Positions 43,583-55,321 of a stretch of DNA of 64,000 nt are shown here, piece by piece; the stretch's first letter is position 1; each line of letters opens with the position of its first letter. The translations under genes were made by a program, and so were the position numbers. The DNA is from an uncultured Arcobacter sp. (GTDB lineage: Bacteria > Campylobacterota > Campylobacteria > Campylobacterales > Arcobacteraceae). Where the stretch lies: the NCBI GenBank assembly GCA_965140705.1, contig OZ223300.1:736001-800000 (forward strand), written 5' to 3'. A model generated the notes under the pieces. It worked only from the letters and a program-made list of their open reading frames with translations. It made no database searches and had not been told where the DNA came from.

Positions 43583-45844
43583 GTGATTAAATTTAAATCT
43601 CTAAAATCAAAATTTTTAGCTTATATAATATCTACTCTTTTTGTAGTATTTGTTATTGTTACAATCATATTATCAAATATAATTGCAAATAAATCTATAA
43701 GACAATCAGAAAGTCAATTTCAAAGTAGTGCAGAGCATATAGCAATTGCATTTAATACATTAGATAATAATTTACATGAAGTAATGAAAGGGTATTTGAA
43801 TGTTATAAAAACGTATTTGCCTGATTCTTATAGTATAGATAAAGATAAAATAGCAAGAGTAGGGAATATAGATGCTCCAGCTTTTTATAATGGCAATACA
43901 CTATTAAATAATAATTTTGAGCCTTTAGAAAAATATACTCAAACAACAAGTGTAATTGCTACAGTTTTTGCAAGAATGGGTGATGATTTTGTAAGAGTAA
44001 CAACGACATTAAAAAAAGAGGATGGAACTCGTGCTTTTGGAACAATGTTAGGGAAAAAGTCACCTGCGATGAAGTCTATGCTAGAAGGTAAAACTTTTTA
44101 TGGAAAAGTAAAGCTTTTTGGAAAAGATTACTATGTAGTATATGAGCCAATTTTAAAAGAGAATAAAGTTATTGGAATTCTTTTCATTGGATATGATTTT
44201 ACTTCGGCTTTAAGTTCTCTAAAAAAAGATATTAGAGATATAAAAATTAATAATAATGGATATGCTTATATGATGGATAATAAAGGTAATTTAATTATTC
44301 ATCCAACAAAAGAAGGGGAAAATCTTTTTGATATAAAAGATAAAAAGGGAAATTTTACTTTTAAAGATATGATAAAAGGTAAGGATAGACTTATAAAATA
44401 TACAAGTACTGATAATATTGAGAAACTTGCATATGTAAAACATCTAAAAGGATTTAATGCTGTTTTAGTAGTAAGTGATACAATTGATGATGTTTTTGCT
44501 TTTAGTAAAAAAGCAATTATTTATATATCGCTTGCTTTTATCATTACTTTAATTATTATTTCACTGTTATTACTTATTGTTACTTCAAAAGTTGTTGGAA
44601 ATCCTCTTGAGAAACTAAATACTGGGCTTTTAGATTTTTTCAAATTTATTAATAAAGAAAGTAGTAGTGTAAAACTTTTAGAAATAAAAGGTGAAGATGA
44701 ATTTGCCCAAATGTCTGAAGTAATTAATAAGAATATAAATAGAACAGAAACTTTAATGAAAGAAGATTTAAAACTTATTGAAGAAGTTAAAGCTGTAGTT
44801 AATAGTGCAAAAAATGGTGATTTGACTAAGCGAGTACTTGTAAGTACAAAAAATGCTAATCTTGAAGAACTAAAAGAGATTTTTAATGAAATGCTTAGCG
44901 TAACAAGTACAAATGTATCTCAAAATCTAAATCAATTAAAAGAGGTACTTTTACAATTTAAAAATCTTAATTTTACTCAAAGAATAAAAGATGATTCAGG
45001 ATTGGTTGCAGTTGGGTTAAATGAATTAGCTGAGATAATAAATAAAATGCTTATTGAAAATAAATCAATAGGACTTAAACTAGACTATAGTTCAAAACAA
45101 GTACTTGATAATATGAAAAAACTGAATAATTCTACAAATGAAGCAGCAGCTAGTTTAGAAGAGACTTCTGCAGCTTTAGAAGAAATAACAGGGAATATAA
45201 GAAATAATTCTGAAAATATATCAAAAATGTCATCACTTTCTAAAAATCTATTAAACTCTGCAAGTGATGGACAAAAACTTGCAAATGATACAACAACATC
45301 TATGGATGAGATTAATGAACAAGTAAAAGCTATCAGTGAAGCAATAGCCTCTATTGATAATATTGCTTTTCAAACAAATATTCTTTCACTAAATGCAGCT
45401 GTTGAAGCAGCAACAGCAGGTGAAGCTGGAAAAGGTTTTGCTGTAGTTGCTCAAGAAGTAAGAAACCTAGCAAATAGAAGTAGTGAAGTTGCAAAAGAGA
45501 TTAAAGACATAGTTGAAAATGCAAGTCACAAAGCTGATAATGGAAAAGAAATAGCTGGAAAAATGATAGAAGGGTATATTCAATTAAATGAGAGTATTTC
45601 TCAAACAATTCATCTTATTTCTGATGTTGAGATGGCATCAAAAGAACAGTTACAAGGAATAGAGCAAATCAATGATGCAGTTAATAGTTTAGATAAACAA
45701 ACTCAACAAAATGCAATCATAGCAAATGAAACTAATTCAATAGCAGAAGTTGCTGATCATATTTCAAAGGTAGTATTGAAAAATGCAGATGATAAAGATT
45801 TTATAGGAAAAGATGAAGTGACACAAAATAGTTATGAGGTGTAG
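43583..45844 (+). CDS. Methyl-accepting chemotaxis protein with Cache sensor domains
   Basis: [20 protein letters not shown]ache motif; [17 protein letters not shown]...[12 protein letters not shown]. Confidence 0.95.
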   Translation: MIKFKSLKSKFLAYIISTLFVVFVIVTIILSNIIANKSIRQSESQFQSSAEHIAIAFNTLDNNLHEVMKGYLNVIKTYLPDSYSIDKDKIARVGNIDAPAFYNGNTLLNNNFEPLEKYTQTTSVIATVFARMGDDFVRVTTTLKKEDGTRAFGTMLGKKSPAMKSMLEGKTFYGKVKLFGKDYYVVYEPILKENKVIGILFIGYDFTSALSSLKKDIRDIKINNNGYAYMMDNKGNLIIHPTKEGENLFDIKDKKGNFTFKDMIKGKDRLIKYTSTDNIEKLAYVKHLKGFNAVLVVSDTIDDVFAFSKKAIIYISLAFIITLIIISLLLLIVTSKVVGNPLEKLNTGLLDFFKFINKESSSVKLLEIKGEDEFAQMSEVINKNINRTETLMKEDLKLIEEVKAVVNSAKNGDLTKRVLVSTKNANLEELKEIFNEMLSVTSTNVSQNLNQLKEVLLQFKNLNFTQRIKDDSGLVAVGLNELAEIINKMLIENKSIGLKLDYSSKQVLDNMKKLNNSTNEAAASLEETSAALEEITGNIRNNSENISKMSSLSKNLLNSASDGQKLANDTTTSMDEINEQVKAISEAIASIDNIAFQTNILSLNAAVEAATAGEAGKGFAVVAQEVRNLANRSSEVAKEIKDIVENASHKADNGKEIAGKMIEGYIQLNESISQTIHLISDVEMASKEQLQGIEQINDAVNSLDKQTQQNAIIANETNSIAEVADHISKVVLKNADDKDFIGKDEVTQNSYEV

Positions 45845-45922
45845 TTTTTACATCTCATTTTAAAGCTTGCTTCCAATATATTAGAGTATTATTCTAAACA
45901 AAAATTCCAAAAAAGAAAATTT

Positions 45923-47248
45923 ATGCTCGAATCAAAACCTCTTATTCTATTTTTTAAATATGTTATTCCTTCTATGTTAGGTTTTTTAGCTGTTTCTTCT
46001 GCAAGTATTATTGATGGATATTTTGTAGGAAATTATGTAGGTTCTGTAAGTTTAGCTGCAATTAGTGTCTCTTTCCCTTTATTTAATCTTCTGTTTGGAT
46101 TTGCTTTGATGTTTGCAGTTGGAAGTTCAGTAATAACTGGTAAATTAATGGGTGAGGGTAATAAAGAAGAAGCTTCAAATGTCTTTTCAAAAGCAATTTA
46201 TATAATAGTGGTACTCTCAATTTCTTTGAATTTGTTACTTTATTTAAACGTAGATAAGGTTTTAGATTTAATAAATGTTAAAGATGAATTAAGAGTTGAA
46301 ACATTAAATTATCTTCCTATTATTTTAAAGTTTTTGCCATTTTTAATGGTAGGAATTACAGTTGATTATTTTGTAAAAGTAGATGAGAATCCAAATTTGT
46401 CTTTTCTAGCTTTAGTTATAAGCTCACTTGTTAATATTATTTTAGATTATATTTTTATAGTAAAGTTTGATTGGGGTATAAATGGTGCTGCATATGCCAC
46501 TGGTACTTCACAACTTGTTATTTTGTTAGTTTTACTTCCACACTTTTTTATGAAAAAGACAACACTTAGATTAATAAAACCAAGGGGAAGTTTTTTAAGT
46601 ATATTTAATGCTTTGAAAAATGGTTCTTCTGAGTTTGTAAATGAATCATCTGTGGGTATTACTATTTTAGTTTTTAATTATATTTTGCTAAAAACTTTTG
46701 GTCCTTTGGGTATTGCTTCATTTACCATTGTTGGTTATTTTATAACAATTAGTATTATGACTAGTTATGCTGTTTCCGATTCTTTGCAAGCTATTATTAG
46801 TAAGAATTATGGCGCTAAATATTTCAATAGAATGAAAAGCTTTTTAAAATTAGGATTAATAAGTATTTTATGTGTAGAAATAGTTTTAACTCTATTTGTG
46901 ATAATTACACCAGAGTCATTAATAAATATTTTTATCAATGATAATGATATAAAAACAAAAGAGATAACCATAAACTTTATCTCTTATATTTGGCCAGCTT
47001 TTATTTTTTCAGGCTTAAACATGTTAGCAAGTGCATATTTAACCTCTATACAAAAACCACTTTATTCTGGACTAATAGCTATTATGAGAAGTTTTATTTT
47101 TCCTATGATATTTATTTTTAGCTTGCCTTTTATTTTTGGAAATGTAGGAATATTTATAGCCTTATCTTGTGCTGAGATAGTAACTTTTATTTTCGCTTTT
47201 CGCTTTTTTATGAAAAATAGACCAAGTGTTTTAGCTAAATTTGTTTAA
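45923..47248 (+). CDS. MATE family efflux transporter
   Basis: IDGYFVG, NIILDYIFI...WGINGAAYAT, multiple TM helices. Confidence 0.92.
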   Translation: MLESKPLILFFKYVIPSMLGFLAVSSASIIDGYFVGNYVGSVSLAAISVSFPLFNLLFGFALMFAVGSSVITGKLMGEGNKEEASNVFSKAIYIIVVLSISLNLLLYLNVDKVLDLINVKDELRVETLNYLPIILKFLPFLMVGITVDYFVKVDENPNLSFLALVISSLVNIILDYIFIVKFDWGINGAAYATGTSQLVILLVLLPHFFMKKTTLRLIKPRGSFLSIFNALKNGSSEFVNESSVGITILVFNYILLKTFGPLGIASFTIVGYFITISIMTSYAVSDSLQAIISKNYGAKYFNRMKSFLKLGLISILCVEIVLTLFVIITPESLINIFINDNDIKTKEITINFISYIWPAFIFSGLNMLASAYLTSIQKPLYSGLIAIMRSFIFPMIFIFSLPFIFGNVGIFIALSCAEIVTFIFAFRFFMKNRPSVLAKFV

Positions 47249-47267
47249 TATATTTTTTAACAAAATA

Positions 47268-47453
47268 TTATTTTGAATTTTTATTAGTTTTGTCTATGCA
47301 AATTATTTTATCTACTCTTTCACCTGTTCTATAATTTAGAACATTTTTTACTTTATATTTTTTGTTTAATTTTGTACAATCTTCAATTGTAGTTTCATTA
47401 GATGTACATGAGATAAAAAACAAAGAATAAAATAATAATATTATTATTTTCAT
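47268..47453 (-). CDS. Small lipoprotein
   Basis: AGGAG RBS, signal peptide ending FISC, two further Cys. Confidence 0.65.
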   Translation of the reverse strand: MKIIILLFYSLFFISCTSNETTIEDCTKLNKKYKVKNVLNYRTGERVDKIICIDKTNKNSK

Positions 47454-47599
47454 TAAGTCTCCTATATAATAGGATAATTATACCATATAGTTTATTAAAT
47501 AATAAAATATAATAATAATGAAACTGATAATGTATATTAATTATTGGAATTTGGATTAAAATAATTGTTTGTATATAAAGGAACTTTTGTTGTTATCCG

Positions 47600-47800
47600 T
47601 AGGAATTATAGTAAGAAGTTTATCACTAAAAAATAATACTTAGAAGAGATTAAATTTTCAAGTTTAGAAAGACTGTAAAATGAGTAGTTATAAAAACTAT
47701 CTTCTATTTCTCTTTTCTGGAAAGAGGGAACGAGTAGGGTAGCTTGACAAGTTTTATAAATAATTTGGAATGATAAGTTTTCACAAAGTAGGCATATCAT
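47600..47800 (-). pseudogene. Truncated, frameshifted copy of the comF 5' end
   Basis: MICLLCENLSF...KREIEDSFYNYSFYSLSKLENLISSKYYF aligns with ComF N-terminus; 1-nt deletion in a T-run. Confidence 0.85.
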
Positions 47801-47889
47801 AAAGTAACTATAATATTTTAAATATATTATTTATATAAAACTAATATATTTTAATATAGAATTTGTATTAAATAATTTTGGAGTGTATA

Positions 47890-48366
47890 ATGGATAAAGA
47901 TAAAATATATGAAGAACTTGTTGAGCAAAGTACATGGAGACTTTTTTGGTTATCTTTTATAACATTTGGCATTTATTTTGTTCATTATATTGCAAGACAA
48001 ACAGATAAACTAAACATATATTTAGATGATTGTCAGAAAATATCAAAAAGTTTTATAAGTTTTCTAATTTTATTTATGTACATTGGAAGCATAGCAACTT
48101 TATTTAGTATTTTTTTTGAAAATAAACTCTTTGAAGGTTTAGAAAATAATTTTAGCTTAGTTTCAACTATTTTTCTTATTATATGGGGATTTAAAGCTAG
48201 AAATAGAATCAATAAATTAATGAATTATACTAGGCGTGATAATAATTGGTTTAATGCTTTTTGGACATTTTTTTTAACGCCACTTTACTTTAATTATAAA
48301 ATTAATTGCATATGGAATGAAATATTGATTAATTCAGAATCTAAAAATAAAATTAGTGAAGAATGA
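47890..48366 (+). CDS. DUF4234-like membrane protein
   Basis: LSFITFGIY motif, several TM helices, YFNYKIN. Confidence 0.65.
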   Translation: MDKDKIYEELVEQSTWRLFWLSFITFGIYFVHYIARQTDKLNIYLDDCQKISKSFISFLILFMYIGSIATLFSIFFENKLFEGLENNFSLVSTIFLIIWGFKARNRINKLMNYTRRDNNWFNAFWTFFLTPLYFNYKINCIWNEILINSESKNKISEE

Positions 48367-48386
48367 CTTAAAACTTTTAAAGTTAG

Positions 48387-48507
48387 AGTAGTTAGATTTT
48401 GAGTGGAGTTCAAGGCAAAAAGAGAATTTAAAACGGAGCGTACAACGAAGGTACGTGAGTATTTAAATTCTCTTTTTAACGCAGAAATGCGCCAAAAGAT
48501 GACTGCT
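48387..48507. repeat. Palindromic element at the lepA 3' end
   Basis: Nested stems AAAAAGAGAATTTAAA/TTTAAATTCTCTTTTT and GCGTAC/GTACGT; related to 59002-59144. Confidence 0.75.
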
Positions 48508-50293
48508 ATATCTTTAAAACTGCCATGAATGCTTCTTGTGGAACATTAACCTTTCCTATCGCCTTCATTCTTTTCTTACCTGCTTTTTGTTTCTCTAGTA
48601 GTTTTCTTTTTCTTGTAATATCTCCACCATAACATTTTGCAGTTACATTTTTACCTGTAGATTTTACAGTCTCTCTTGCGATAATATTACTTCCAATACT
48701 TGCTTGTATTGCTACTTCAAATAGTTGTCTTGGAATTAGCTCTTTTAAGGCTTTGATAAACTCTCTACCTTTACTTAAGGCTTTATTTTCAGGAACTATG
48801 ATTGATAAGGCATCTACAACTTCACCAGCAACTTTTATATCAAGTTTTTGTAAAACACCTGGTCTAAAGCCTATTGGTTCATAGTCAAAAGATGCATAAC
48901 CTTTTGTTGTCGATTTTAGTTTATCGTAAAAATCCATTACGATTTCATTCATAGGTAAATCATAATCAAGTAAAACTCTAGCACCAATATAATCCATTTT
49001 ATTTTGGATACCTCTTTTATCATTTAGAAGTTTTATTACATTTCCTAAAAACTCATCTGGTACTAAAATTGTAGCTTTTACATATGGTTCAAAGATTGTT
49101 TTTACTTGACTTGGTTCTGGAAGTTCAGAAGGATTTCTGATAACTATCATTTCACCATTTGTTTTCTCAATTTCATAAATAACTGTTGGTGCTGTTGCTA
49201 TTAAATCAAGATTAAATTCTCTCTCCAATCTTTCTTTGATAACTTCCATATGAAGCATACCAAGAAAACCTGCTCTAAATCCACTTCCTAGTGCAGCAGA
49301 ACTCTCTGGCTCAAAAGAGATAGAAGAGTCATTTAACTGAAGTTTTGTAAGAGCCTCTCTTAAATCTTCAAATTTATCAGTTTCGATTGGGTAAATACCA
49401 GCAAATACGAAAGGTTTTGCAGGTTCAAATCCATCAATGATTTCAGCTGTTGGATTTTTAGCATCAGTCATTGTATCACCAACTGCAATACCATCTAATG
49501 TTTTAAGTCCAAGTACTACAATACCTATTTCACCAGTTTTAATTTCATTTGTATTTTGTCTTTTTAACGGATGAGGATACATAAGATTTAAAACAGAATG
49601 TTCAACTTTTGTATTCATCATTCTAAGCATTTGACCTTTTTTGATACTTCCATCATAAACTCTTACAAGTGCTAAAGCTCCAAGATAGTTATCAAACCAT
49701 GAATCATAAATAAGAGCTTTTGTAGGAGCTTCTTCATCACCTTTTGGACAAGGAACTCTATCAACAATAGCATCAATCAAATCCCTTACTCCAAGACCTG
49801 TTTTTGCACTAATAAGATTGTGTTCTGTACAATCAAGTCCAATAGCCTCTTCTACTTCATCTAAAACTCTATCTGGGTCTGCACTTGGAAGGTCGATTTT
49901 ATTTACTACAGGAAGTAGTTCTAAATCGTTGTCCATAGCAATATATACATTTGCAATAGTTTGAGCTTCTACCCCTTGAGTTGAATCTACAATTAAAAGT
50001 GCACCTTCTGATGATGCTAAAGAACGGCTTACTTCATAAGAAAAGTCCACATGACCCGGAGTGTCTATTAGATTTAAAACATAGTGTTGACCATCTTTTA
50101 CATAATCTAATCTAACACTTTGTGCTTTGATTGTAATACCACGCTCTTTTTCTATATCCATTGTATCCATCATTTGAGCAGACATATCTCTATCTGCTAC
50201 TGAACCACACTCTTGTATAATTCTATCAGCTAGAGTTGACTTCCCATGGTCAATATGAGCGATAATTGAAAAGTTTCTTATATTTGCTTGCAA
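48506..50293 (-). CDS. lepA: Elongation factor 4
   Basis: [37 protein letters not shown]. Confidence 0.99.
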   Translation of the reverse strand: MQANIRNFSIIAHIDHGKSTLADRIIQECGSVADRDMSAQMMDTMDIEKERGITIKAQSVRLDYVKDGQHYVLNLIDTPGHVDFSYEVSRSLASSEGALLIVDSTQGVEAQTIANVYIAMDNDLELLPVVNKIDLPSADPDRVLDEVEEAIGLDCTEHNLISAKTGLGVRDLIDAIVDRVPCPKGDEEAPTKALIYDSWFDNYLGALALVRVYDGSIKKGQMLRMMNTKVEHSVLNLMYPHPLKRQNTNEIKTGEIGIVVLGLKTLDGIAVGDTMTDAKNPTAEIIDGFEPAKPFVFAGIYPIETDKFEDLREALTKLQLNDSSISFEPESSAALGSGFRAGFLGMLHMEVIKERLEREFNLDLIATAPTVIYEIEKTNGEMIVIRNPSELPEPSQVKTIFEPYVKATILVPDEFLGNVIKLLNDKRGIQNKMDYIGARVLLDYDLPMNEIVMDFYDKLKSTTKGYASFDYEPIGFRPGVLQKLDIKVAGEVVDALSIIVPENKALSKGREFIKALKELIPRQLFEVAIQASIGSNIIARETVKSTGKNVTAKCYGGDITRKRKLLEKQKAGKKRMKAIGKVNVPQEAFMAVLKI

Positions 50294-50371
50294 AATAAAT
50301 CCTATGTTTATATTAATGTTCGCGATTATATCTAAAAAATTGTAATGATAATGTTAAGAGAGTAAAAAGTA

Positions 50372-50400
50372 GTGATTTTAGGCAAAAAGCCTAAAATCAT
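50372..50400 (-). terminator. Terminator hairpin after the OmpA-family gene
   Basis: TGATTTTAGGC-AAAAA-GCCTAAAATCA. Confidence 0.7.
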
Positions 50401-50406
50401 ATGTGA

Positions 50407-51441
50407 TTATTTTGAGACAGTAGCTTCAATTCTTCTATTTTTAGCTCTTCCCTCTTTAGTTTTATTTGTAGCTATTGGTCTAGTTTCCCCATATCCAACA
50501 GTTTTTAATCTAGCAGGATCAACATCATATTTTTTCAATGCTTCAAATGCAGAGTTTGCTCTTCTTTTTGATAACCATAAATTATATTTTTCAGTACCAG
50601 TGTAGTCAGTATGACCTTCAATAGTAGCTTTTAATTTTGGATGTTTATTTAAGAATTCTGCAAATTCTTTGATTCTATGTTTATATTTTTTATCTATGAT
50701 TGAAGAATCAATTGGGAAATGAACTTCTAAATCAAGCATTTTGATACAACCAACTTTATCAACATTTGCACCTCTCATAGTATCAGGACATTGATCCATT
50801 GAATCAATTACTCCATCATGATCTGAATCTAGAACTTTTTTAGGTTCTTCTACTTTTTTAAGCTCTTCCACTACAACAGGTTTAGGTTCTTCTTTCATTA
50901 CAGGAGCAGGAGCTGCTTTTTTACCGAAAGGAATTGCTAATCCAACTGTATAAAGTAAATTGTTATTACCATTATCAAACGATACTAAATGTCTTACATC
51001 AGCTTTAATAGCCATGTCATTATCTAGTTTATATTTATACCCAAAACCATAATTTGCAAATGGTCCTGTTTCATTACCAAATTGTTCATTATCATAAACT
51101 TCTACACCAAGACCAGCTAATGCGTAAAGTGAAGATTTTTCATTTAATTTATATTCTTTAATAACATTTGTAAAAACTCTTGTTATTCCTGTATCTTGAT
51201 TACTATTTTTATAATCTACATCACCAAGCGTTCTTAAAATTCCTAATTCAACTTGATCAAACATAGAGTCATCTAAATTAAATCCTAAAGAAATACCTGC
51301 ATTTGCATAATTTCTATCTAGGTCTAAGTTACCTTCCGTAACTGCACCTGAAATCATAGGAGTAACTTCATATTTATATTCACTATTTGCAGCGAATAAA
51401 ACTGATGAGCATATTAAACTTGTCAATAATAATTTTTTCAT
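50407..51441 (-). CDS. OmpA-family outer membrane protein (CadF/OprF-like)
   Basis: Signal peptide, beta-barrel region, DSDHDGV.D..DQCP, IEGHTD...NLWLSKRRA, NRR. Confidence 0.9.
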   Translation of the reverse strand: MKKLLLTSLICSSVLFAANSEYKYEVTPMISGAVTEGNLDLDRNYANAGISLGFNLDDSMFDQVELGILRTLGDVDYKNSNQDTGITRVFTNVIKEYKLNEKSSLYALAGLGVEVYDNEQFGNETGPFANYGFGYKYKLDNDMAIKADVRHLVSFDNGNNNLLYTVGLAIPFGKKAAPAPVMKEEPKPVVVEELKKVEEPKKVLDSDHDGVIDSMDQCPDTMRGANVDKVGCIKMLDLEVHFPIDSSIIDKKYKHRIKEFAEFLNKHPKLKATIEGHTDYTGTEKYNLWLSKRRANSAFEALKKYDVDPARLKTVGYGETRPIATNKTKEGRAKNRRIEATVSK

Positions 51442-51470
51442 TTTTTCTCCTTGTCTTTTTATTATAGTAT

Positions 51471-52406
51471 TTATTTTACAAATATACTATTAACTGATTC
51501 ATTATTGTGAATTCTTCTGATTGTTTCACCAATAATATTTGAAGCAGTTAGTACTGTAATTTTATCATGTTCTTGTTTTAAAGGAATTGTATCAGAAACT
51601 ACTAATTCATCTAAGGCTTCACCATTTGTGAGTCTTTCATAAGCAGGTCCACTTAAAACACCATGTGTGCAACATGCCATAACAGAATTTGCACCTTTAT
51701 TTTTTAATACTTCTGCTGCTTTTACTAAAGTACCAGCCGTATCAACCATATCATCTACTAAAATTATATCTTTACCACTTACATCACCAATGATATTCAT
51801 AACTTCAGATTCATTTGCTTTTTCTCTTCTTTTATCAACGATTACTAAATCATAATTTAATTTTTCAGCATAAGATCTAGCTCTTGCTACACCACCAATA
51901 TCTGGACTAGCAATAATTGGATTAGCTAATTTTTTTGATTTAATATAATCAATAAACATAATTGAACCAAAAAGGTTATCAGCAGGAATGTTAAAAAATC
52001 CTTGAATTTGTGCTGCATGTAAGTCTATCGTAATTACCCTAGAAATACCAGCTGCTTCTAATAAGTCTGCAACTAATTTTGCAGTAATTGGAACTCTTGG
52101 AGCTGCTTTTCTATCTTGTCTAGCATATCCATAATATGGAATAACAGCAGAAATCGATTTTGCACTTGATCTTTTTAATGCATCTACCATAATTAATAGT
52201 TCCATTAAATTGTCATTTGTTGGAGCACAGGTTGGTTGAATAATGAATACATCCATTCCTCTTACACTTTCTGTAATTTTTACAGAAATCTCTCCATCAC
52301 TAAATTTCGTTAGTTTTGCTGGACTTATTTCGATATTTAAGTATTTTGCAACTTTCTTTCCAAACTCAGGGTTAGCTGATCCCGTGAATAGTCTGTATCC
52401 TCTCAT
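51471..52406 (-). CDS. prs: Ribose-phosphate pyrophosphokinase
   Basis: FSDGE, PYYGYARQDRK, DLHAAQIQGFF, DDMVDTAGT. Confidence 0.98.
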   Translation of the reverse strand: MRGYRLFTGSANPEFGKKVAKYLNIEISPAKLTKFSDGEISVKITESVRGMDVFIIQPTCAPTNDNLMELLIMVDALKRSSAKSISAVIPYYGYARQDRKAAPRVPITAKLVADLLEAAGISRVITIDLHAAQIQGFFNIPADNLFGSIMFIDYIKSKKLANPIIASPDIGGVARARSYAEKLNYDLVIVDKRREKANESEVMNIIGDVSGKDIILVDDMVDTAGTLVKAAEVLKNKGANSVMACCTHGVLSGPAYERLTNGEALDELVVSDTIPLKQEHDKITVLTASNIIGETIRRIHNNESVNSIFVK

Positions 52407-52480
52407 GATTTTCCTTAGGTTTACGTTTAATAATTTTTTTGGATTATATCTAAAACTTTATAAAAATTACTTAGTGCAAA

Positions 52481-53521
52481 TTAATTTGTCTCCTTAATCC
52501 ATGCACTACCAATAACTTTTTGTTTATCATAAAATACTGCTAATTGACCAGTAGCTACTCCAAAAACAGGCTCTTTTAATGATATATTTACTTTGTCACC
52601 TTCAATTTGTATTTTACAAGGTGTTGAAGTTGTTCTATATCTTAGTTTTACAGTGCAATCAAGTTCCTTATCGTCAATAAACATGTTTAGATCATCTGCT
52701 ATTACATTATTAACTTCTAGGGCTTGTTTTTTACCCACAACAATAGTATTATCTTTTGGATTTAATTTAGTTACAAAGTGAGGTTCATGTGCACCGTTAA
52801 CTGTAAAACCTCTTCTTTTACCTATGGTATAGTGGGCATAACCTTTATGCTCACCTACAACATTTCCCTTTTCATCTAAAACTTTTCCAGGTAGGTCTAT
52901 TTTTGCATGTTTTTTTACAACATCTGTATAAACAGTTTCTACAAAACAAATCTCTTGTGATTCATTTTTTTCTGTAATTCTTTTATAAGCAGAATCTAAT
53001 TGTGCTCCAAATTCAATAATATCTTCTTTTTTATAAGTGCTTAGTGGGAACATCATATATGGAAGTGCTTCTTTTGGTACTTGAGATAAGAAATAACTTT
53101 GATCTTTTGTTTTATCATCAGCTTCATAAAAGAACTCACCATCTGTTTTGGCATAGTGACCAGTTGCTAAATAGTTTGCTCCATGCTCTTTTGCAAAATC
53201 TAGCATTGCACCAAATTTGATTTGTCTATTACATTTGACACAAGGGTTAGGAGTAGTTCCTTCTAAATATGAATCTACAAAATAATCATAAACTTCAGCT
53301 GTAAATTTATCAGCTAAATCTAAAATATGATATTTTATGCCCAAGAAATCAGCTACATCTTTTATATATTCTAAGTTTTTTTCGTGGTATCCGTCAGTTC
53401 TATTATGAAGTTTTAAGTATACACCTTCAACTTCATAACCCTCTTTTTGTAACATGTAAGCTGTAACTGAAGAGTCAATTCCTCCACTCATGCCTACCAT
53501 TACTTTTTTAATTTGAGTCAT
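52481..53521 (-). CDS. mnmA: tRNA 2-thiouridine(34) synthase, CxxC (C-type)
   Basis: SGGIDSS, PNPCVKCN, TGHY, KDQSYFL, ESQEICF. Confidence 0.93.
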   Translation of the reverse strand: MTQIKKVMVGMSGGIDSSVTAYMLQKEGYEVEGVYLKLHNRTDGYHEKNLEYIKDVADFLGIKYHILDLADKFTAEVYDYFVDSYLEGTTPNPCVKCNRQIKFGAMLDFAKEHGANYLATGHYAKTDGEFFYEADDKTKDQSYFLSQVPKEALPYMMFPLSTYKKEDIIEFGAQLDSAYKRITEKNESQEICFVETVYTDVVKKHAKIDLPGKVLDEKGNVVGEHKGYAHYTIGKRRGFTVNGAHEPHFVTKLNPKDNTIVVGKKQALEVNNVIADDLNMFIDDKELDCTVKLRYRTTSTPCKIQIEGDKVNISLKEPVFGVATGQLAVFYDKQKVIGSAWIKETN

Positions 53522-53529
53522 ATTTTGTC

Positions 53530-54660
53530 CTATGCATAGTAATTACTTATAAATCCTCCACCAAGACAATAATCACCCTCATACAAAACAAGACTTTGTC
53601 CTAACGTTACAGCTCTTTGTGGCTTGTCAAATTGTACGAGAACTTTGTCTCCATTAATTTCTGTTACAGTACAAGCTTGTTTTTGTTGACGATAACGAAT
53701 TTGTGCCATTAATTTATCTCCAACTTTAGGTGCTTCTTCTAATACCCAATGCATATGACTAGCTTCAACATTTTGGTTCATAAGTAAGGGGTGATTGGTA
53801 TCTTGTACAACTACTAAGGTATTATCTTCCATATTTTTTTTGGCTGCATACCATGGATTATGGATGTGACCATCTGATTCAGTCTCTTTAATACCTCCAA
53901 GTCCAATACCTTTTCTTTGACCTAAGGTGTAACAAATAAGACCTTTATGCCTTCCTAATACTTTTCCCTTTTCATCTACAATATCACCTGGAATTGCTTT
54001 TAAATGTTGAGTGATAAATTCATCAAATCTTTGGTTACCTATAAAACATATACCAGTGCTGTCTTTTTTATCACTTACTGGAAGATTATGTTTTTTTGCT
54101 ATCTCTCTTACTTCTTTTTTAGTTAAATCAGCAAGGGGGAACATAGCATGAGATAGTTGTTCACTTGATAGTGCATGTAAAAAATAACTTTGATCTTTTG
54201 AACTATCTTTTGGAGTATCAAGTACATAGTGGTCTTTGTATTTAGCTATTTTTGCATAATGACCAGTTGCAATCATATCTGCACCCATTTTTTTTGCTTC
54301 ATTTAAAAATACATTAAATTTAATTTCACGATTACAAAGTATATCTGGATTTGGAGTAAGACCTTTTTTTAAACCTTCTAAAAATACATCAAATACTTTA
54401 GTTCTGTATTCTTCAACAAAGTCTTTACCAATTACTTCTATACCTATTAGTTCACCTACTTTTTTTGCATCTTCAAATTCAATACGATTGGGGCATTGGC
54501 TACCTTTGATTCCATATTCCCAATTACGCATAAATAATCCTACTACATCATAGCCTTGTTCTTTTAACAGTAATGCTGTAACTGATGAATCAACACCACC
54601 AGACATACCTACAACTACTTTTTTTTTACCTGCAGGCAGGATTCCATTTTTTTCTATCAT
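53530..54660 (-). CDS. mnmA: tRNA 2-thiouridine(34) synthase, DxxC (D-type)
   Basis: SGGVDSS, PNPDILCN, TGHY, KDQSYFL, DSTGICF. Confidence 0.95.
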   Translation of the reverse strand: MIEKNGILPAGKKKVVVGMSGGVDSSVTALLLKEQGYDVVGLFMRNWEYGIKGSQCPNRIEFEDAKKVGELIGIEVIGKDFVEEYRTKVFDVFLEGLKKGLTPNPDILCNREIKFNVFLNEAKKMGADMIATGHYAKIAKYKDHYVLDTPKDSSKDQSYFLHALSSEQLSHAMFPLADLTKKEVREIAKKHNLPVSDKKDSTGICFIGNQRFDEFITQHLKAIPGDIVDEKGKVLGRHKGLICYTLGQRKGIGLGGIKETESDGHIHNPWYAAKKNMEDNTLVVVQDTNHPLLMNQNVEASHMHWVLEEAPKVGDKLMAQIRYRQQKQACTVTEINGDKVLVQFDKPQRAVTLGQSLVLYEGDYCLGGGFISNYYA

Positions 54661-54727
54661 TATTTTCCTTAAAAAAGTTCCTTTTTAAAAGGAACTATAT
54701 ATTTAATACTTCTTTTAGAAACAAACT

Positions 54728-55231
54728 CTAAAAGGAACAACGAGTTGTTCTTTTATTCATATATTTTAAAGGAATAATCACTGATTCTCTATTTGCCCAG
54801 TCTTTATGAGGAATAATAAGTTTTTCTGTATTTATTTTTTTATTATCAAAAAATATTATATCAATATCTAAGGTTCTAGGCGCATCTTGAAAGGACCGCT
54901 TTCTTCCAAATTTTTTTTCATATCTTTGCATAATTTTTAATAAATCATTAGCACAAAGATTTGATTTAAGTCGAATTATACCATTTAAAAAATATTTTTG
55001 CTCCAAATAACCAAAAGGAGGATTCAAAAGTAGGGGAGAAGTTTCTAATAAATCAAATCTAGAATCTTTTAATAGACACAAAAACAATTTATCAAATAGT
55101 TGTTTTGTATTTCCTATATTTCCCCCAATACCTATGGTTATTAAATGTTTTTTATTGGAAGTATTTTTTATAAATTTAGGATAATTTGGGGTATAAAAAA
55201 GTGTTAAATCTTTATTTATAGTTTTTTTCAT
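54728..55231 (-). CDS. folK: 6-hydroxymethyl-dihydropterin pyrophosphokinase
   Basis: IGIGGNIG, FLNG, PRTLDIDII, LIIPH. Confidence 0.92.
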   Translation of the reverse strand: MKKTINKDLTLFYTPNYPKFIKNTSNKKHLITIGIGGNIGNTKQLFDKLFLCLLKDSRFDLLETSPLLLNPPFGYLEQKYFLNGIIRLKSNLCANDLLKIMQRYEKKFGRKRSFQDAPRTLDIDIIFFDNKKINTEKLIIPHKDWANRESVIIPLKYMNKRTTRCSF

Positions 55232-55321
55232 AATTTCCTTAAATAATCTTTACTAAAATACTCAAGAAATAACTAAATTATGAATAAAATAAGTTAATAT
55301 AATCTTGAGTAATTTTGAAGC

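Noticed and set aside
43442..48386. Active prophage, IS or integrative element
   Set aside because: No integrase, transposase or phage gene; only a decayed comF duplication
55255..55317. Inverted repeat containing ACTCAAG...CTTGAGT as a HAIR site
   Set aside because: Half-sites are in reverse order and far apart; more likely a simple hairpin between genes
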